A stretch of DNA of 64,000 nt from Alphaproteobacteria bacterium (GTDB taxonomy: Bacteria; Pseudomonadota; Alphaproteobacteria; UBA828). A model generated the notes under the pieces. That model saw only the letters and a list, made by a program, of their open reading frames with translations. It made no database searches and was not told where the DNA came from. The stretch is from positions 1-64,000 of the forward strand of contig CAXXVO010000008.1 of the NCBI GenBank assembly GCA_963422645.2, read 5' to 3'. Shown in pieces: positions 19,800 to 31,294 of this stretch; positions within the stretch are counted from its first letter, which is position 1, and every line of letters starts with the position of its first letter. The translations under genes and the position numbers were made by a program.

Positions 19800-21411
19800 C
19801 TCCTCGCGCGACGATAGCGGCGGCCTCGTCGCGCATTTCCTCTAGCACCCGGTTGGCGGTGTCGGGGTTGAAAGCGCTCACGACCTGATAGGCGCTGCGC
19901 ACCACCTCGTAGGCGACCGGCGCACGAAGGAAGCCCACCGCCGAGCCGACGGCTGCGGCAGTTGGGATCAGGATGCGGTCCATGTCGAGCTTCTCGGCGA
20001 GGCGGGCGGCGTGCAGGGGCGCTGCGCCGCCGAACGCGATCATTGTGCGCTCGCCGAGCGTGGCTCCGATCTCGATGGCGTGGACGCGCGCGGCGCTCGC
20101 CATGTTCTCCCCCACCATCTCGCCGACCCCAAGGGCGGCCACCTGCGGTTCCAGATCCAGCGGCGAGCCGATCGCTGACGCGAGCGTATTGACGGCGGCC
20201 TGCTCGTCGAGCGCGATGCGCCCGCCCGAGAAATCGCCAGAGTCGATGCGCCCCATCACCAGATCGGCGTCGGTCACCGTGGGCTCCGCACCGCCCTGGC
20301 CGTAGCAGGCCGGTCCCGGCTGGGCGCCGGCGCTTTCCGGCCCCACCGCGATGCGGCCCAACCGGTCCACGGCGGCGATGGAGCCGCCGCCTGCGCCGAT
20401 CTCCACCATCTCGATCACCGGGATGCGGAGCGGCAGGCCGCTACCCTTGAGAAAGCGATGGGCCCGGGCGACCTCGAAGGCCCGCGTCGTTTGAGGCTGG
20501 GCGTTGTCGATCAGGCAGATCTTGGCTGTGGTGCCGCCCATGTCGAAGGAGAGAACGCGATCGAGGCCACATTGGCGGGCGACGTGGCTGGCGAAGACGG
20601 CGCCGCCCACCGGGCCGGATTCCACAAGGCGGATGGGAAAGCGGATTGCCGTCCCGATGTCGGCGACGCCGCCGCCCGAGAGCATGACGAAGAGCGGGCA
20701 GCGGAAACCCGCTTCGCGCAGGCCAGCTTCCAGATTGCGCAGATAGCGCGCCATGACCGGCTGGACGTAGGCGTTGGCGCAGGCAGTGGAGAAGCGCTCG
20801 TACTCGCGCATCTCCGGTGCCACCTCTGACGACAGAGTGATTGCGAGGTCAGGCAGCGCCTTGCGCAGGATGTCGTGTACCCGTCGCTCGTGCGCCGGAT
20901 TGACGTAGCTGTGCAGGAGGCCGACCGCGGCGCTCTCGATGCCCTCGGCGGCGAGCCGGGTGGCCGTGGTTGCGACCGCCGACTCGTCGAGCGGCAGGAT
21001 CGGATCGCCAGAGGCGTTGAGCCGCTCGGGGATGGGGAAGCGCCATTGCCGGGGCACCAGCGGCACCGGCTTCTCCATGTCGATGTCGTACTGCTCGAAG
21101 CGGCTCTCCGTGCCCATCTCGATGGAATCGCGGAATCCCTCCGTGGTGATCAGCGCGGTGCGTGCGCCCTTGCGCTCGATCAGTGCGTTGGTCGCGAGCG
21201 TGGTGCCGTGGATGACCAGCGCCACCTCGTGCGGTGCGACGCCGCATGCCTCCATCGCCTGCGCCAGCCCCTGGCGCACACCCTCCTCGGGCGCGTCGGG
21301 CGTCGTCAGCACCTTCGCCGTGAACCGCTCAGTTCCTCGCTCGAGCACGATATCGGTGAAGGTGCCGCCGATATCGACGCCGATCCGAACCTCAACGCCC
21401 GTTCGCGTCAT
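19795..21411 (-). pseudogene. Hydantoinase A/oxoprolinase subunit, 3'-truncated by the Mu-like end
   Basis: GVDIGGTFTD, HGTTLATN, DMGGTT and GPESAGA motifs. Stops 1-2 codons into the phage end and lacks the usual C-terminal domain. Confidence 0.85.
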
Positions 21412-21525
21412 TCGTGACCTGCCTGCAATGAGTTGGATCGCACGGTCTGAGACGGGTCTCGGTCAGGCTTGGCCGGAAGAGCGGGGGCGGGTCCGACGAA
21501 GCAAGACTGCGGCCTAGCCGCCGAC

Positions 21526-22311
21526 CTATTGCCGTGCCGTGGTTCCGCCGTCGATGGTAAGCACGGTGCCGTTGCAGTAGGTCGCCTCATCGGAGCCGAG
21601 ATAGAGGCAGCCGTAGGCCATCTCCTCAGGCGTGCCGGGGCGCAGCATCGGCGTGAGGCGCTCCGCCATGTCCGGATCGTCGAAGAGATTGAGCACGGGC
21701 GCCACCATCGGCGTGTCGATGAAGCCCGGCGCAACGCAATTGGCCCGAATATTGTCCTTGGCATAGGTCACGCAGAGCGAGCGCGTCAGGTTGATCGCAG
21801 CGCCTTTCGCCGCCGTGTAGGTGTGCGCGACGGGAAGGCCCTGGAAGCCCGAGATGCTGGCCACGTTGACGATCGCGCCACCGCCCTGCTTCTGCATGAT
21901 GGGGACCACGCCGCGGCAGAGATAGAAATAGGAATCGAGGTTGATCCCCATCACCTCCTGCCACTTCTCGGGCGTGGTGTTGACCACGTCGCCCATCGAA
22001 TCCGGGCTCTTCTCGAGCCAGCTGTAGCCCACGCTCGCGCAGTTCACGAGGATGTCGATGCGCCCGTAGGCATCCATGGCAGCCTGGATCAGTGCCTCGG
22101 CTCCTTCGGGCTGCGCCAGGTCGTGTGCGACCACGAAGCCATCGCCGCCCGCCTCCTTCGTGAGCTGCAGCGCCTCGTCGAGGTTCGCCTGGGTTCGCGA
22201 GCAGCCGACGACGCTCGCGCCCTCGCGCCCGAACAGAACCATGCAGGCGCGCCCGACGCCCGTGCCGGCGCCCGAGATGAGCGCGATCTTGCCGTCGACC
22301 CTTCCGGTCAT
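21526..22311 (-). CDS. Short-chain dehydrogenase/reductase
   Basis: SGAGTGVG and YTAAK motifs. Confidence 0.92.
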   Translation of the reverse strand: MTGRVDGKIALISGAGTGVGRACMVLFGREGASVVGCSRTQANLDEALQLTKEAGGDGFVVAHDLAQPEGAEALIQAAMDAYGRIDILVNCASVGYSWLEKSPDSMGDVVNTTPEKWQEVMGINLDSYFYLCRGVVPIMQKQGGGAIVNVASISGFQGLPVAHTYTAAKGAAINLTRSLCVTYAKDNIRANCVAPGFIDTPMVAPVLNLFDDPDMAERLTPMLRPGTPEEMAYGCLYLGSDEATYCNGTVLTIDGGTTARQ

Positions 22312-22324
22312 GGTCTCCCTCCCG

Positions 22325-23356
22325 TCAGTCCCGCTGGGGACGCAGCAGCACTTTGCACTCGTCGGTCGGCGTCCTGAGCCTCTCGAAGCGCTCGGCCAGA
22401 TCGTCGAAGCCGATCACGTGGGTGATGAGCGGCTTGGGATCGATCCGTCCATTCGCGATCAAGTCGAGCACGACCTCGAAGTCCCTTGGCTTGTAGCCGA
22501 GCGCCCATTGCAGGCACACCTCCTTTGCCAGTGCCGCGAGCGGAATGAAGCTCTCCTCGTTGGTGCAGACGCCGCAGACCATCACCTTGCCCTGGTGCTT
22601 CACCAGGTCGATGCAGAGCCCGAGCATGCCGGGCACGCCGACGCATTCGATCACAAGGTCGGGCGGGCCGCCGGCAATCGCCCTGTACTGCTCGGCCACG
22701 TCGCCCGCGTTGGGATCGATCACGTCGGTCGCGCCCATTGCCAGCGCGCGCTCGCGGCGGTTCTCGGCGAACTCGCTCACCACCACGTGGCGGGCGCCGG
22801 CAAATCGCGCGAATGTCGTGCAGGAAAGGCCAATGGGGCCGGCGCCGATCACCAGCACGTTGGTGCCCGGCCGCATGCCGGCCTTGTCAATCACGTGATG
22901 GCCGACAGAGAGCGGCTCCGCCGTCGCGCCTTCGCGGAAACTCAGGCCCTGTGGCAGGCGCAACGCGTTGCCGGCATCGACCCGGATGTACTCGGCGTAG
23001 GCCCCCGGCGCGCCGAATCCGGTGATGATGTTGTTGGGGCAGTGGATGCCCATGCCGAGCTTGCACTGGCGCCCGCACTCGGCACAGGCGTTGACCGGTA
23101 CGGCGGTGACGTGGTCGCCCACGTTCCAGTCCCCGCCGGCATCCGCGCCTACTTCGACCACCGTCCCGGTGAACTCGTGGCCCAAAATCTGGCCGTCCGG
23201 CACTACCAGCGCGCCCGCCTCGGTCGCGTGGAGGTCCGAGCCGCAGATCCCGCAGTACTCGACCTTGATGAGGAGATCGCCCGTCTGCACGGCCGGCGCC
23301 TCGACCTTCTCGATCGACAAGGGATTGCCGACACCCCTGAACACTGCTGCTTCCAT
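22325..23356 (-). CDS. Zn-dependent alcohol dehydrogenase family
   Basis: CGSDLH, GHE, structural Cys cluster and GAGPIG motifs. Confidence 0.92.
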   Translation of the reverse strand: MEAAVFRGVGNPLSIEKVEAPAVQTGDLLIKVEYCGICGSDLHATEAGALVVPDGQILGHEFTGTVVEVGADAGGDWNVGDHVTAVPVNACAECGRQCKLGMGIHCPNNIITGFGAPGAYAEYIRVDAGNALRLPQGLSFREGATAEPLSVGHHVIDKAGMRPGTNVLVIGAGPIGLSCTTFARFAGARHVVVSEFAENRRERALAMGATDVIDPNAGDVAEQYRAIAGGPPDLVIECVGVPGMLGLCIDLVKHQGKVMVCGVCTNEESFIPLAALAKEVCLQWALGYKPRDFEVVLDLIANGRIDPKPLITHVIGFDDLAERFERLRTPTDECKVLLRPQRD

Positions 23357-23400
23357 CTCTCTCCCTCCTCGATCCGGTCAAGCGCAGGCGCTGCCCCGGC

Positions 23401-24261
23401 TCAGCCTGCGTCGTAGCGATACCAGCCCTTGCCCGCGCTGCGCCCATTGTAGCCCGCCTTCACCATCTGCTTCAGCAGGGGGCGTGGCATGAAGCGCGGG
23501 CCGTAGGCCTCGTGCAGGATCTCCTGCACGTCGAGGCTGAGGTTGTTGGTCACCGCGTCCATCAGGCGGAAGGGCCCGACCGGGAGCCCCATGCCGAGCT
23601 TGCAGGCGGTATTGATGTCTTCCGGCGTCGCCACCCCCTCCTCGACCAGGCGGATCGCCTCGATCCAGAATATGTGGATCAGGCGATTGACCGCGAAGCC
23701 CACCACATCCTTGATTGGCACCGGCGTCTTGCCCGCCTCCTCGCAGACGGCGGTCACGGTGGCGACGGTCTCGTCCGCGGTCTCCAGCCCCGGGATCACC
23801 TCGACCAGCTTCATGCGCGAGACCGGCGAAAAGAAGTGGGTGCCGAGGAAGCGGGGCCGGCGGGCCTCCTCCAGGTAGGAGGCGAGCACGCTGATCGAGA
23901 TGCTCGACGTGTTGCTCGCGATCAGGCAATCGGGGGCCAAGACCTCGTCCAGCGCTTCGTAGACGCCGGCCTTCACCCGCTCGTCCTCGAACACGGCCTC
24001 GATCACCATGTCGCAGGACGCGAAGTCGCCGAGGTCGAGGGTGGTGCGCAGACTATCCTGCGCCTTGACCTTGTCGTCCGTCGTGTAGAAGCCGCGCGCG
24101 ATGCCCTTGTCCAGCACGCCGTCGAGCTTGGCCACGGCCTTGTCGAGGAGCGCCTGCTCGCGGTCGCTCAGCAGCACCGTCTTGCCGGCGAGCGCCATCA
24201 CCAGCGCGATCTCCGAGCCCATCATGCCGGCGCCCACCACGCCGATGGTGTTCACGGTCAT
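23401..24261 (-). CDS. 3-hydroxyacyl-CoA dehydrogenase
   Basis: GAGMMG, IEAVFE, ASNTSS and HFFSP motifs. Confidence 0.92.
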   Translation of the reverse strand: MTVNTIGVVGAGMMGSEIALVMALAGKTVLLSDREQALLDKAVAKLDGVLDKGIARGFYTTDDKVKAQDSLRTTLDLGDFASCDMVIEAVFEDERVKAGVYEALDEVLAPDCLIASNTSSISISVLASYLEEARRPRFLGTHFFSPVSRMKLVEVIPGLETADETVATVTAVCEEAGKTPVPIKDVVGFAVNRLIHIFWIEAIRLVEEGVATPEDINTACKLGMGLPVGPFRLMDAVTNNLSLDVQEILHEAYGPRFMPRPLLKQMVKAGYNGRSAGKGWYRYDAG

Positions 24262-24289
24262 CCGTCAGCTCTCCCTCTGCGGCGAGCCG

Positions 24290-24368
24290 CTAGTGCACGA
24301 CGCGCTCGATCAGCATGGCCAATCCCTGGCCCGCGCCCATGCACATGCTGATGATGGCGCTCTTTGCC
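24290..24368 (-). pseudogene. 3' end of thiolase split by IS110
   Basis: AKSAIISMCMGAGQGLAMLIERVVH* carries the catalytic CxGxG. Confidence 0.88.
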
Positions 24369-26136
24369 GTGAAACAGATTCTGGCGAGGGACGCGCGGTG
24401 ACGCTCCAACCCCGAGGTCACGGCGTTGGCTGAGACCGCCAGGGTCGGCGCGGCGGAGACGAGCGGTGGACTTCCCCGATGTGGTCCGAAGCGGTCCCGC
24501 GTAGCCGGCTGACGAGATGCGGGCCGCTCAGGCGGCCTTGAGTTCCGCGCCTACGGGCTCGATGTAGCCGTAGCGGCGGAGCATGCGGATCCACCGAGGA
24601 GCGTTGCGCTTGACCATCAGAGCGTCGTAGTCGGCCGTGCGGTCGTAGTAGGGCCTGCCGGTCTTGAGCACCACATAGATGATGCGCAGCATCTTGTGAG
24701 CGCCGGCGACGATGGCGCGCTTGTAGCCGCGCCGGGCGGCGAGGGCGCGGTGATGAGCCTCGAACTGGCACCCCTTGGTTCGGGCCGCGCCGTGGGCACA
24801 CTCGACGAGGCAGGCGCGCAGGGTCTTGGAGCCCATGCGGGTGCGTGCGTTGCGGCGCTTGCCCCCGCTCTCGTTGTTGCCGGGGCAGAGCCCGGCCCAG
24901 GCGGCGAAGTGCTCCTTGGAGGCGAACACGCCGATGTCGGGGCCGATCTCGATGAGGATGGTCGAGGCGGCGGTGCGGTCGATGCCGGGGATGGTGGTCA
25001 GCAGACGGAGCTGCTCCTCCCACGGTGTCATCTGCCCGTCGATCTTCCTGGTGTAGGACGCGATGCGCGCCTCAAGCGCGTCATGCTCCTCCAGCAGGTC
25101 GTTGAGCATGAAGCGGTCGTTGTCGCCCAGGCTCAGGGTGAGCGCCTCGCCGAGCCCCTCCAGCTTGTTCGCAACGTGGCTGGTGAGCGAGGCGAGGATG
25201 ACCTCGCGCGCCGTCCCCTGCGCCAGGCCGTCGAGGATCTTCCGGCCGTTGACGCCGAAGACGTCGGAGAGGATGCCGCCGATGCGCGCACCGGCGCGGT
25301 CGATGATCTTCTGCACGCGGTTGCGCACGGCGGAGCGCTGCCTGACCAGGACGCGGCGCTGGCGGCTCAGTGCGCGCAGCTCCCGGAACGGCTCAGGCGG
25401 AACGTGGGAAGGCGTGCAGAGCCCGAACTGGCACACGCAGGCCAGCCACACGCTGTCCGCCACGTCGGTCTTGCGCCCCTTCAACTGCTTCACCTGACGC
25501 GCATGCACCAGGATCGCCTCGAGCCCGGCCGCCTCCAGGGCCGCGAAGGGCGCCTGCCAGTAGACCCCGGTCCCTTCCATCACCGCAGCCTCGACGCCGT
25601 GACCGGTCAGCCACGCGACCATCTCCTCCAGACCGCTCGGCAGCGTGCCGAAGCAGCGCGTCTCCACCACCGGCTCACCCTCGCCCTCACAGAGGCGAAC
25701 CGTCGCGGTGATCTCCATCTTGTGCACGTCCAGACCCGCCGCGCGCGGCCGGACGACGTGCAAGCCTTCCGTCTTCATCGCCTTCCTCCTCATTTGCGCT
25801 CTCGCCACGGCGGCGTACGATCACGCCGTGGCATCGCCACGGTGGAGGCGGGGACAGCGGTCGGAAGAACACGCATCCGACGAGCGGGTGCGGTGCAATT
25901 TGCCGCGCGTCCACGGCCACGGGCCGGGTACAATACGGGGTGCGGAGCCGGCCGCCGGAAGCAGTTTTGTCATCGGGAACTACGTCACCGATATAACGAC
26001 GCTCACACGTCCCCACCTCCGCCAATACCCATCCTGACACGGCAAATGGGTGCAAGCGCAAGGAAAACGTCAGCCGAACCGCTCCTGTTTCATGCCACGG
26101 GGTGGCTCAGAACCGCGGGGACCATGACTGTTTTGT
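24369..26136 (-). mobile_element. IS110-family element
   Basis: Removing 24369-26136 restores the thiolase frame (...ETGAKSA...) with no TSD. Short subterminal IR AAACAG. Confidence 0.88.
24528..25778 (-). CDS. IS110-family DEDD transposase/recombinase
   Basis: GLDVHK, MEGTG, RKTDVAD and C-terminal ESGG motifs. Strong RBS before ATG 25778. Confidence 0.93.
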   Translation of the reverse strand: MKTEGLHVVRPRAAGLDVHKMEITATVRLCEGEGEPVVETRCFGTLPSGLEEMVAWLTGHGVEAAVMEGTGVYWQAPFAALEAAGLEAILVHARQVKQLKGRKTDVADSVWLACVCQFGLCTPSHVPPEPFRELRALSRQRRVLVRQRSAVRNRVQKIIDRAGARIGGILSDVFGVNGRKILDGLAQGTAREVILASLTSHVANKLEGLGEALTLSLGDNDRFMLNDLLEEHDALEARIASYTRKIDGQMTPWEEQLRLLTTIPGIDRTAASTILIEIGPDIGVFASKEHFAAWAGLCPGNNESGGKRRNARTRMGSKTLRACLVECAHGAARTKGCQFEAHHRALAARRGYKRAIVAGAHKMLRIIYVVLKTGRPYYDRTADYDALMVKRNAPRWIRMLRRYGYIEPVGAELKAA

Positions 26137-27239
26137 CCCGTCTCGGCCAGATGCTGCATGGCGACGAGGGTCATGCGCGCGCCGGTGGCGCCGGGCGGAT
26201 GGCCGAGGGAGATGCAGCCGCCGTAGAGGTTGCAGCGCTCGCGCGAGACGCCGAGCTGCTTCTCGGCATGCAGGTTGACGACGGCGAAGGCCTCGTTGAT
26301 CTCGTAGTAGTCGACGTCGTCCACCCTCATGTCGTGCTTCTCGAGTAGTGCGGCAATTGCGGGCACCGGTCCGCAGCCCATGATGCGGGGCGGGACGCCG
26401 ATGATGCACCAATCGACGATGCGGGCTTGCGGCTCCACGCCGAGCGCTTCGGCGCGCGCTCGGTCGGCGACGACGACCATCGCTGCCCCGTCGGTGACGC
26501 TGCTGGAGTTGCCGGCCGTCACCATTCCGTCCTGACGGAACACCGGCTTCATGCTGGCGAGCTTCTCTCGCTCGACGTTGGGGCGCGGGCTCTCGTCCTC
26601 GCTCATCGTGCGGGTGGCCCGACGTTCCTTGACCTCGATCGGTGCGATGTGGCGGCTCAAAAACGCCCGCGCCGCGCCTGCCCTGCGCTGGCTCTCGATG
26701 GCGTATTGGTCCATCGTCTCGCGCCGGTACTGGAAGTCCTCGGCGAGGTTCTCCGCAGTCTCGCCCATCAGCTCCAGACTGAAGGGGTCGCTGTAGGCCC
26801 AGTCGAGCGTATCGACCATGGTCTGCGGCCCGCGCTTGTGGCCCCAGCGCCCGGTGGTGACCGCGAAGGGCGCGCGGGAGAAATTCTCACCGCCGCCGGC
26901 CACCGCGACCTCGCCGTGGCCCGTTATGATCTGCTGCGCCGCCGAAATGATAGCCTGGGTTCCGGAGCCGCAGGCGCGATTAACGTTGAGCGCGGCGCTC
27001 TCCTCCGGCAGGCCAGCCTTGATCGCGATGTAGCGCGCGGCCAGATAGCCCTCCTGATCGACGGGCAGCACGTTGCCCCAGACCAGATGATCGACGTGTT
27101 CGGCATCGAGGCCCGCCCTTTCCAGGCACGCCCTGGTTGCGTGGATGCCGAGCGCCGCCAGCGGGATGTCCTTGAGCGACTTGCCGAAATCGCCAAAGGG
27201 CGTGCGCATGCCGCCGGCGAGAGTAATCTCCCGCGTCAT
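26137..27239 (-). pseudogene. Acetyl-CoA acyltransferase (thiolase), IS110-interrupted
   Basis: NRACGSG, NEAFA and GHPPGATG motifs. The C-terminus lies beyond the IS. Confidence 0.9.
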
Positions 27240-27424
27240 CGTCCAAACCCTCTTCGTCTGCTGAGGAAGCGCGGCGCTCGCGCGATCTCCGAGAGAGCCG
27301 AATACTATCGAGGGAGCGGGCTCCGTCAATCATTGTCCCCGGGCCCGCATCCCCGGCGGCGCTCACGGCCCGCATCGCCTTCAGGAACAATTGACGGGGC
27401 GTGGTCGATCGAGACGGTCCCGCG

Positions 27425-30190
27425 TCAATGGGCGTCGGCCCAGCTTGCGCCGGTGCCGATATCGACGGTGAGCGGAACGTCGAGATGGGCCGCGCTCTCC
27501 ATCAGCTGGGTCACGACTGCGCCGGTCTCCTCCACCTCCGCTTCCGGCACCTCGAAGACCAACTCGTCATGCACCTGGAGGAGCATCCGCGCGCCCAGGC
27601 CCTTGGCCTCCAGCGCTCTCTGCATCGGGATCATCGCGCGCTTGATGACGTCGGCGGCGGCTCCCTGGATCGGCGCATTGATCGCCGCCCGCTCCGAGAA
27701 CGCCCGGCGTGCCGGGTTGCGGTCGTTGATCCCCGGCAGCCGGCACTTGCGGCCGAACAGAGTGGTCACGAAGCCCTCTGCGTGCGCCGCCTTCTTCGTG
27801 CGCTCCATATAGTCCTTGATGCCGGGATACTGGGTGAAATAGGCCTCGATAAGGCTCTTGGCCTCGGCTTGGGGGACCCCGATCTGGCGTGCGAGCCCGA
27901 AGGGGCTGATGCCGTAGATGATCCCAAAGTTGATGGCCTTGGCCGAGCGGCGGACCATGGGATCCATGCCCTCCAGCGGTAAGCCGAATACCTGGCTTGC
28001 AGTCAGCGCGTGGATATCGATCCCATCGCGAAAGGCCCGCTTGAGCGGCTCGACATCCGCAACATGGGCGAGAATACGAAGCTCGATCTGCGAGTAGTCC
28101 GCGGACATCAGCACATGGCCGGGAGCTGCCACGAAAGCCCGGCGGATGCGCCGGCCTTCCTCGGTGCGAATCGGGATGTTCTGCAGGTTGGGATCGTTGG
28201 AGGAGAGCCGCCCCGTATTGGCGGCGGTCATCGTATAGGTGGTGTGGACACGTCGGGTTTGGGGATTGATGTGCTCGATCAGCGCGTCCGTGTAGGTGCT
28301 CTTGAGCTTGGTGAGCTGGCGCCATTCGAGCACCCGTGCCGGCAGGTCGTGGCCCTGGGCTGCAAGCTCCTCCAGGATGTCGGCGCCCGTGCTGTAGGCG
28401 CCCGACTTGCCCTTGCGCCCGCCCTGGAGCCCCATCTCCTCGAATAACACCTCGCCCAGCTGCTTGGGCGAGCCGATGGTAAAGGGATGGCCGGCAAGGG
28501 CGTGGATCTCGCTCTCCAGCGTCTCGATACGGCCGGCGAAGTTCGTGGATAGCGCGACGAGTTCGCCCTGGTCGACCAGGATGCCGGCTGCCTCCATATG
28601 CGCGAGCACCGCGATCAGCGGGCGCTCGATCCGCTCGAAGACCGTGGTGAGCTGGTCGGCGACCAGCCGAGGCCGAATAACCCGATGGAGGCGAAGGGCG
28701 AGGTCGGCGTGAGCCGCCGCAGTGTCCCGCAGTGCCGCGGGCGATACCGCGTCGACGGAGACCTTGCTGCGTCCGCTGCCGAGCACGTCGGTCAGCGCTG
28801 GTGCCGCGCGGTCGAGGTGGATGCGCGTGAGGTCCTCGAGCGCGTGGTTATGCAGGCTGCCGTCCAGCACCCAGGAGGCGAGCATCGGGTCGTCGATTGG
28901 GCCGAGCGTTCCGTTCTCGCGCGTCAGTAAGCGCAGGGTGCGTTTGATATCGAGGCCGGCTTTGAGGACACCGCGGTCGCCCAGCACGGGCGCGAGGATG
29001 CCGAGCGCCTCGTCAGGACTCAACTGCGGGACCGCCTGCTCCGCTCCGATCAGGTCGGGGCCAGCGTGGCCCAAGGGCACGTAGCAGGCGTTTCCTGGTG
29101 CCGTTGCGAGCGCGAGGCCGACGAGGCCAGCACCCTCTGGCGATCCTTCCAGCGCAAACGACTCCAGTGCCAGCACGCCGCTGTCGCGCGCCTTCTCTGC
29201 CCAGTCCGCGAGAGTGTCGGCATCGGTCACAAGCGGATAAGAGTCCGGCAAGGGGGCCGTCTCCTCCGGCTCTGCCTCTTCCTCGGCCAGCGTCGTCTCT
29301 CCGTCATCCGGGTCGAGCCGCGCGGCGATCGACCGGAAGCCGTTCTCCTGGAAGAAGGCGCGTAGCGAGCCAGGCTCGGGTTGCCGGCGCTCCAACGCCT
29401 CCAGCGGCATCGGCAGAGGCGCATCCCGGCGCAGCGTCACGAGATCGCGCGAGACCCGTGCCATCTCGGCATGCTCGATCAGGTTCTGGCGCCGCTTGGG
29501 CTGCTTGATCTCCTCAGCGCGTGCCAACAGTTGATCGAGGTCGCCATAGTCGTTGATGAGCTGTGCCGCCGTCTTTACCCCGATGCCAGGCACACCCGGC
29601 ACATTGTCGGTGCTGTCCCCGGCGAGCGCCTGGACGTCGATTACCCGCTCAGGCCCCACGCCGAAACGCTCCCGCACCTGGTCCGGGCCGATCTCCCGAT
29701 TCTTGAAGTAGTCGTACATGATCACGGAATCGGTCTCGACGAGTTGCATCAGGTCCTTGTCGGCGGAGACGATGGTGACCCGCGCGCCCTGCGCCCGCGC
29801 AGCGCTCGCATAGGCGGCGATGAGGTCGTCCGCTTCGAAACCCTCGAGCTCAATCGACGCCAGGTTGAAGGCGGCGGCGGCCTCGCGCACCAGCGGGAAC
29901 TGCGGAATCAGCTCTTCCGGTGTCTCGCCCCTGTTGGCCTTGTAGAGCTCGTAGATCTCGTTGCGAAATGTAAGCCGCGCTGTATCGAATATGACCGCGG
30001 CGTGGTCCGCGTCGGTCTCGCGCAGAATCTTCCAGAGCATGTTGCTGAAGCCGAGCACCGCGTTGACCGGCGTGCCGTCGGAGCGGGTGAGCGGCGGCAG
30101 TGCGTGGAAGGCGCGGAAGACGAAGCCCGAGCCGTCAATCAGGTAGAGGTGGCGCAGTTCGCTCGCTTCGGCGGGGGCGACGTCGTTCAC
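27425..30190 (-). CDS. polA: DNA polymerase I
   Basis: 5'-3' exonuclease LIDGS..FRAFHA, DYSQIELR and LLQVHDEL motifs. Start approximate (GTG). Confidence 0.97.
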   Translation of the reverse strand: MNDVAPAEASELRHLYLIDGSGFVFRAFHALPPLTRSDGTPVNAVLGFSNMLWKILRETDADHAAVIFDTARLTFRNEIYELYKANRGETPEELIPQFPLVREAAAAFNLASIELEGFEADDLIAAYASAARAQGARVTIVSADKDLMQLVETDSVIMYDYFKNREIGPDQVRERFGVGPERVIDVQALAGDSTDNVPGVPGIGVKTAAQLINDYGDLDQLLARAEEIKQPKRRQNLIEHAEMARVSRDLVTLRRDAPLPMPLEALERRQPEPGSLRAFFQENGFRSIAARLDPDDGETTLAEEEAEPEETAPLPDSYPLVTDADTLADWAEKARDSGVLALESFALEGSPEGAGLVGLALATAPGNACYVPLGHAGPDLIGAEQAVPQLSPDEALGILAPVLGDRGVLKAGLDIKRTLRLLTRENGTLGPIDDPMLASWVLDGSLHNHALEDLTRIHLDRAAPALTDVLGSGRSKVSVDAVSPAALRDTAAAHADLALRLHRVIRPRLVADQLTTVFERIERPLIAVLAHMEAAGILVDQGELVALSTNFAGRIETLESEIHALAGHPFTIGSPKQLGEVLFEEMGLQGGRKGKSGAYSTGADILEELAAQGHDLPARVLEWRQLTKLKSTYTDALIEHINPQTRRVHTTYTMTAANTGRLSSNDPNLQNIPIRTEEGRRIRRAFVAAPGHVLMSADYSQIELRILAHVADVEPLKRAFRDGIDIHALTASQVFGLPLEGMDPMVRRSAKAINFGIIYGISPFGLARQIGVPQAEAKSLIEAYFTQYPGIKDYMERTKKAAHAEGFVTTLFGRKCRLPGINDRNPARRAFSERAAINAPIQGAAADVIKRAMIPMQRALEAKGLGARMLLQVHDELVFEVPEAEVEETGAVVTQLMESAAHLDVPLTVDIGTGASWADAH

Positions 30191-30326
30191 GGTCAGTGCT
30201 CCGGCTCCCGGATGGTCACGGGTGCCCTTGCGGTGGGCGGTGCGCGCCACTATGCCACGCGGGCCGGCCCCGGCACAGCAGGCCGGCGAACGCGTGCCAC
30301 CAACTGTTGGCAATCGAGACCCGCCC

Positions 30327-31294
30327 GTGACCGCCCCGAGCGCTCCCGTTCCCTATGCGGCTCCGCGTATCTCCGCCTTCTACGCGGCCTATTTCCTGGT
30401 GGCCGGGGTGGCGTTGCCATTCTGGCCGCTCTACTTGCAGGCGCGGGGGCTCTCAGTGACGGAAATCGGGCTGATGCTCGGTCTCACGCTGATGCTGCGC
30501 GCTGCCGCCGGTCCCTTCATCGGCCGCTTCGCTGACCGCCGCGACAGTACGCGGGGGCCGCTCGTCGCCTGTGCGCTGACGGTGCTGCTGGTCGCGGCTG
30601 CGTTCTACTGGACCTGGGGCTTCTGGCCGATCTTCGTGGTCAGCACCGTCTTCACCCTGGCCTACGCCGGCGTTCTGCCGCTGGGGGAGACCATTGCGCT
30701 TCGTACCGTCTCGGCCGAGTCCGGCTACGGCCGCGTGCGATTGTGGGGCTCAGTCTCCTACCTCATTGCCGCGGCAGTCGGCGGCGCGGTGCTGGAGATC
30801 GACAAGGTACCGTCCGCCGACCTGATCCTCACCATGATCCTCGCGACCATCGTGGTGATGATTGCAGGTTCCTTCGCTATGCCGGACAAGCGCGGCGGCA
30901 GTGCACCGCCGGCGGCGCCGATCCTGAGCGTGCTGGGCGATCGCCAGTTCCGCCTCATGGTGCTGGCGACCACTGCGATTCACGGCGCGCACGCGGTGTT
31001 CTACGGGTTCTCCACTCTGCACTGGCTCTCGGCCGGACTCTCGGAGTGGGTGATTGGCCTCCTGTGGGCGGGCGGAGTCGTTGCCGAGGTGATCCTCTTT
31101 GCGTGGAACGCGCCGCTCGTGCGCCGTATCGGGGCGGTCGGGCTGCTTGGGGCTGCAGCGGTGGCCGGAGTTGTGCGTTGGACGGTTCTGGCCCTGACGA
31201 CGGAGGTCTGGGCGCTGGCGCTCGCCCAGTGCCTGCACGCGCTCACCTTCGGCGCCATGCACTTGGGCGCGATGGTGTTCATTGCGCGTACCGT
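30327..31294 (+). pseudogene. MFS transporter (HcaT-like), 3'-truncated by transposon
   Basis: YGRVRLWGS and QCLHALTFG motifs. The hydrophobic pattern ends at the transposon left end. Confidence 0.82.
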
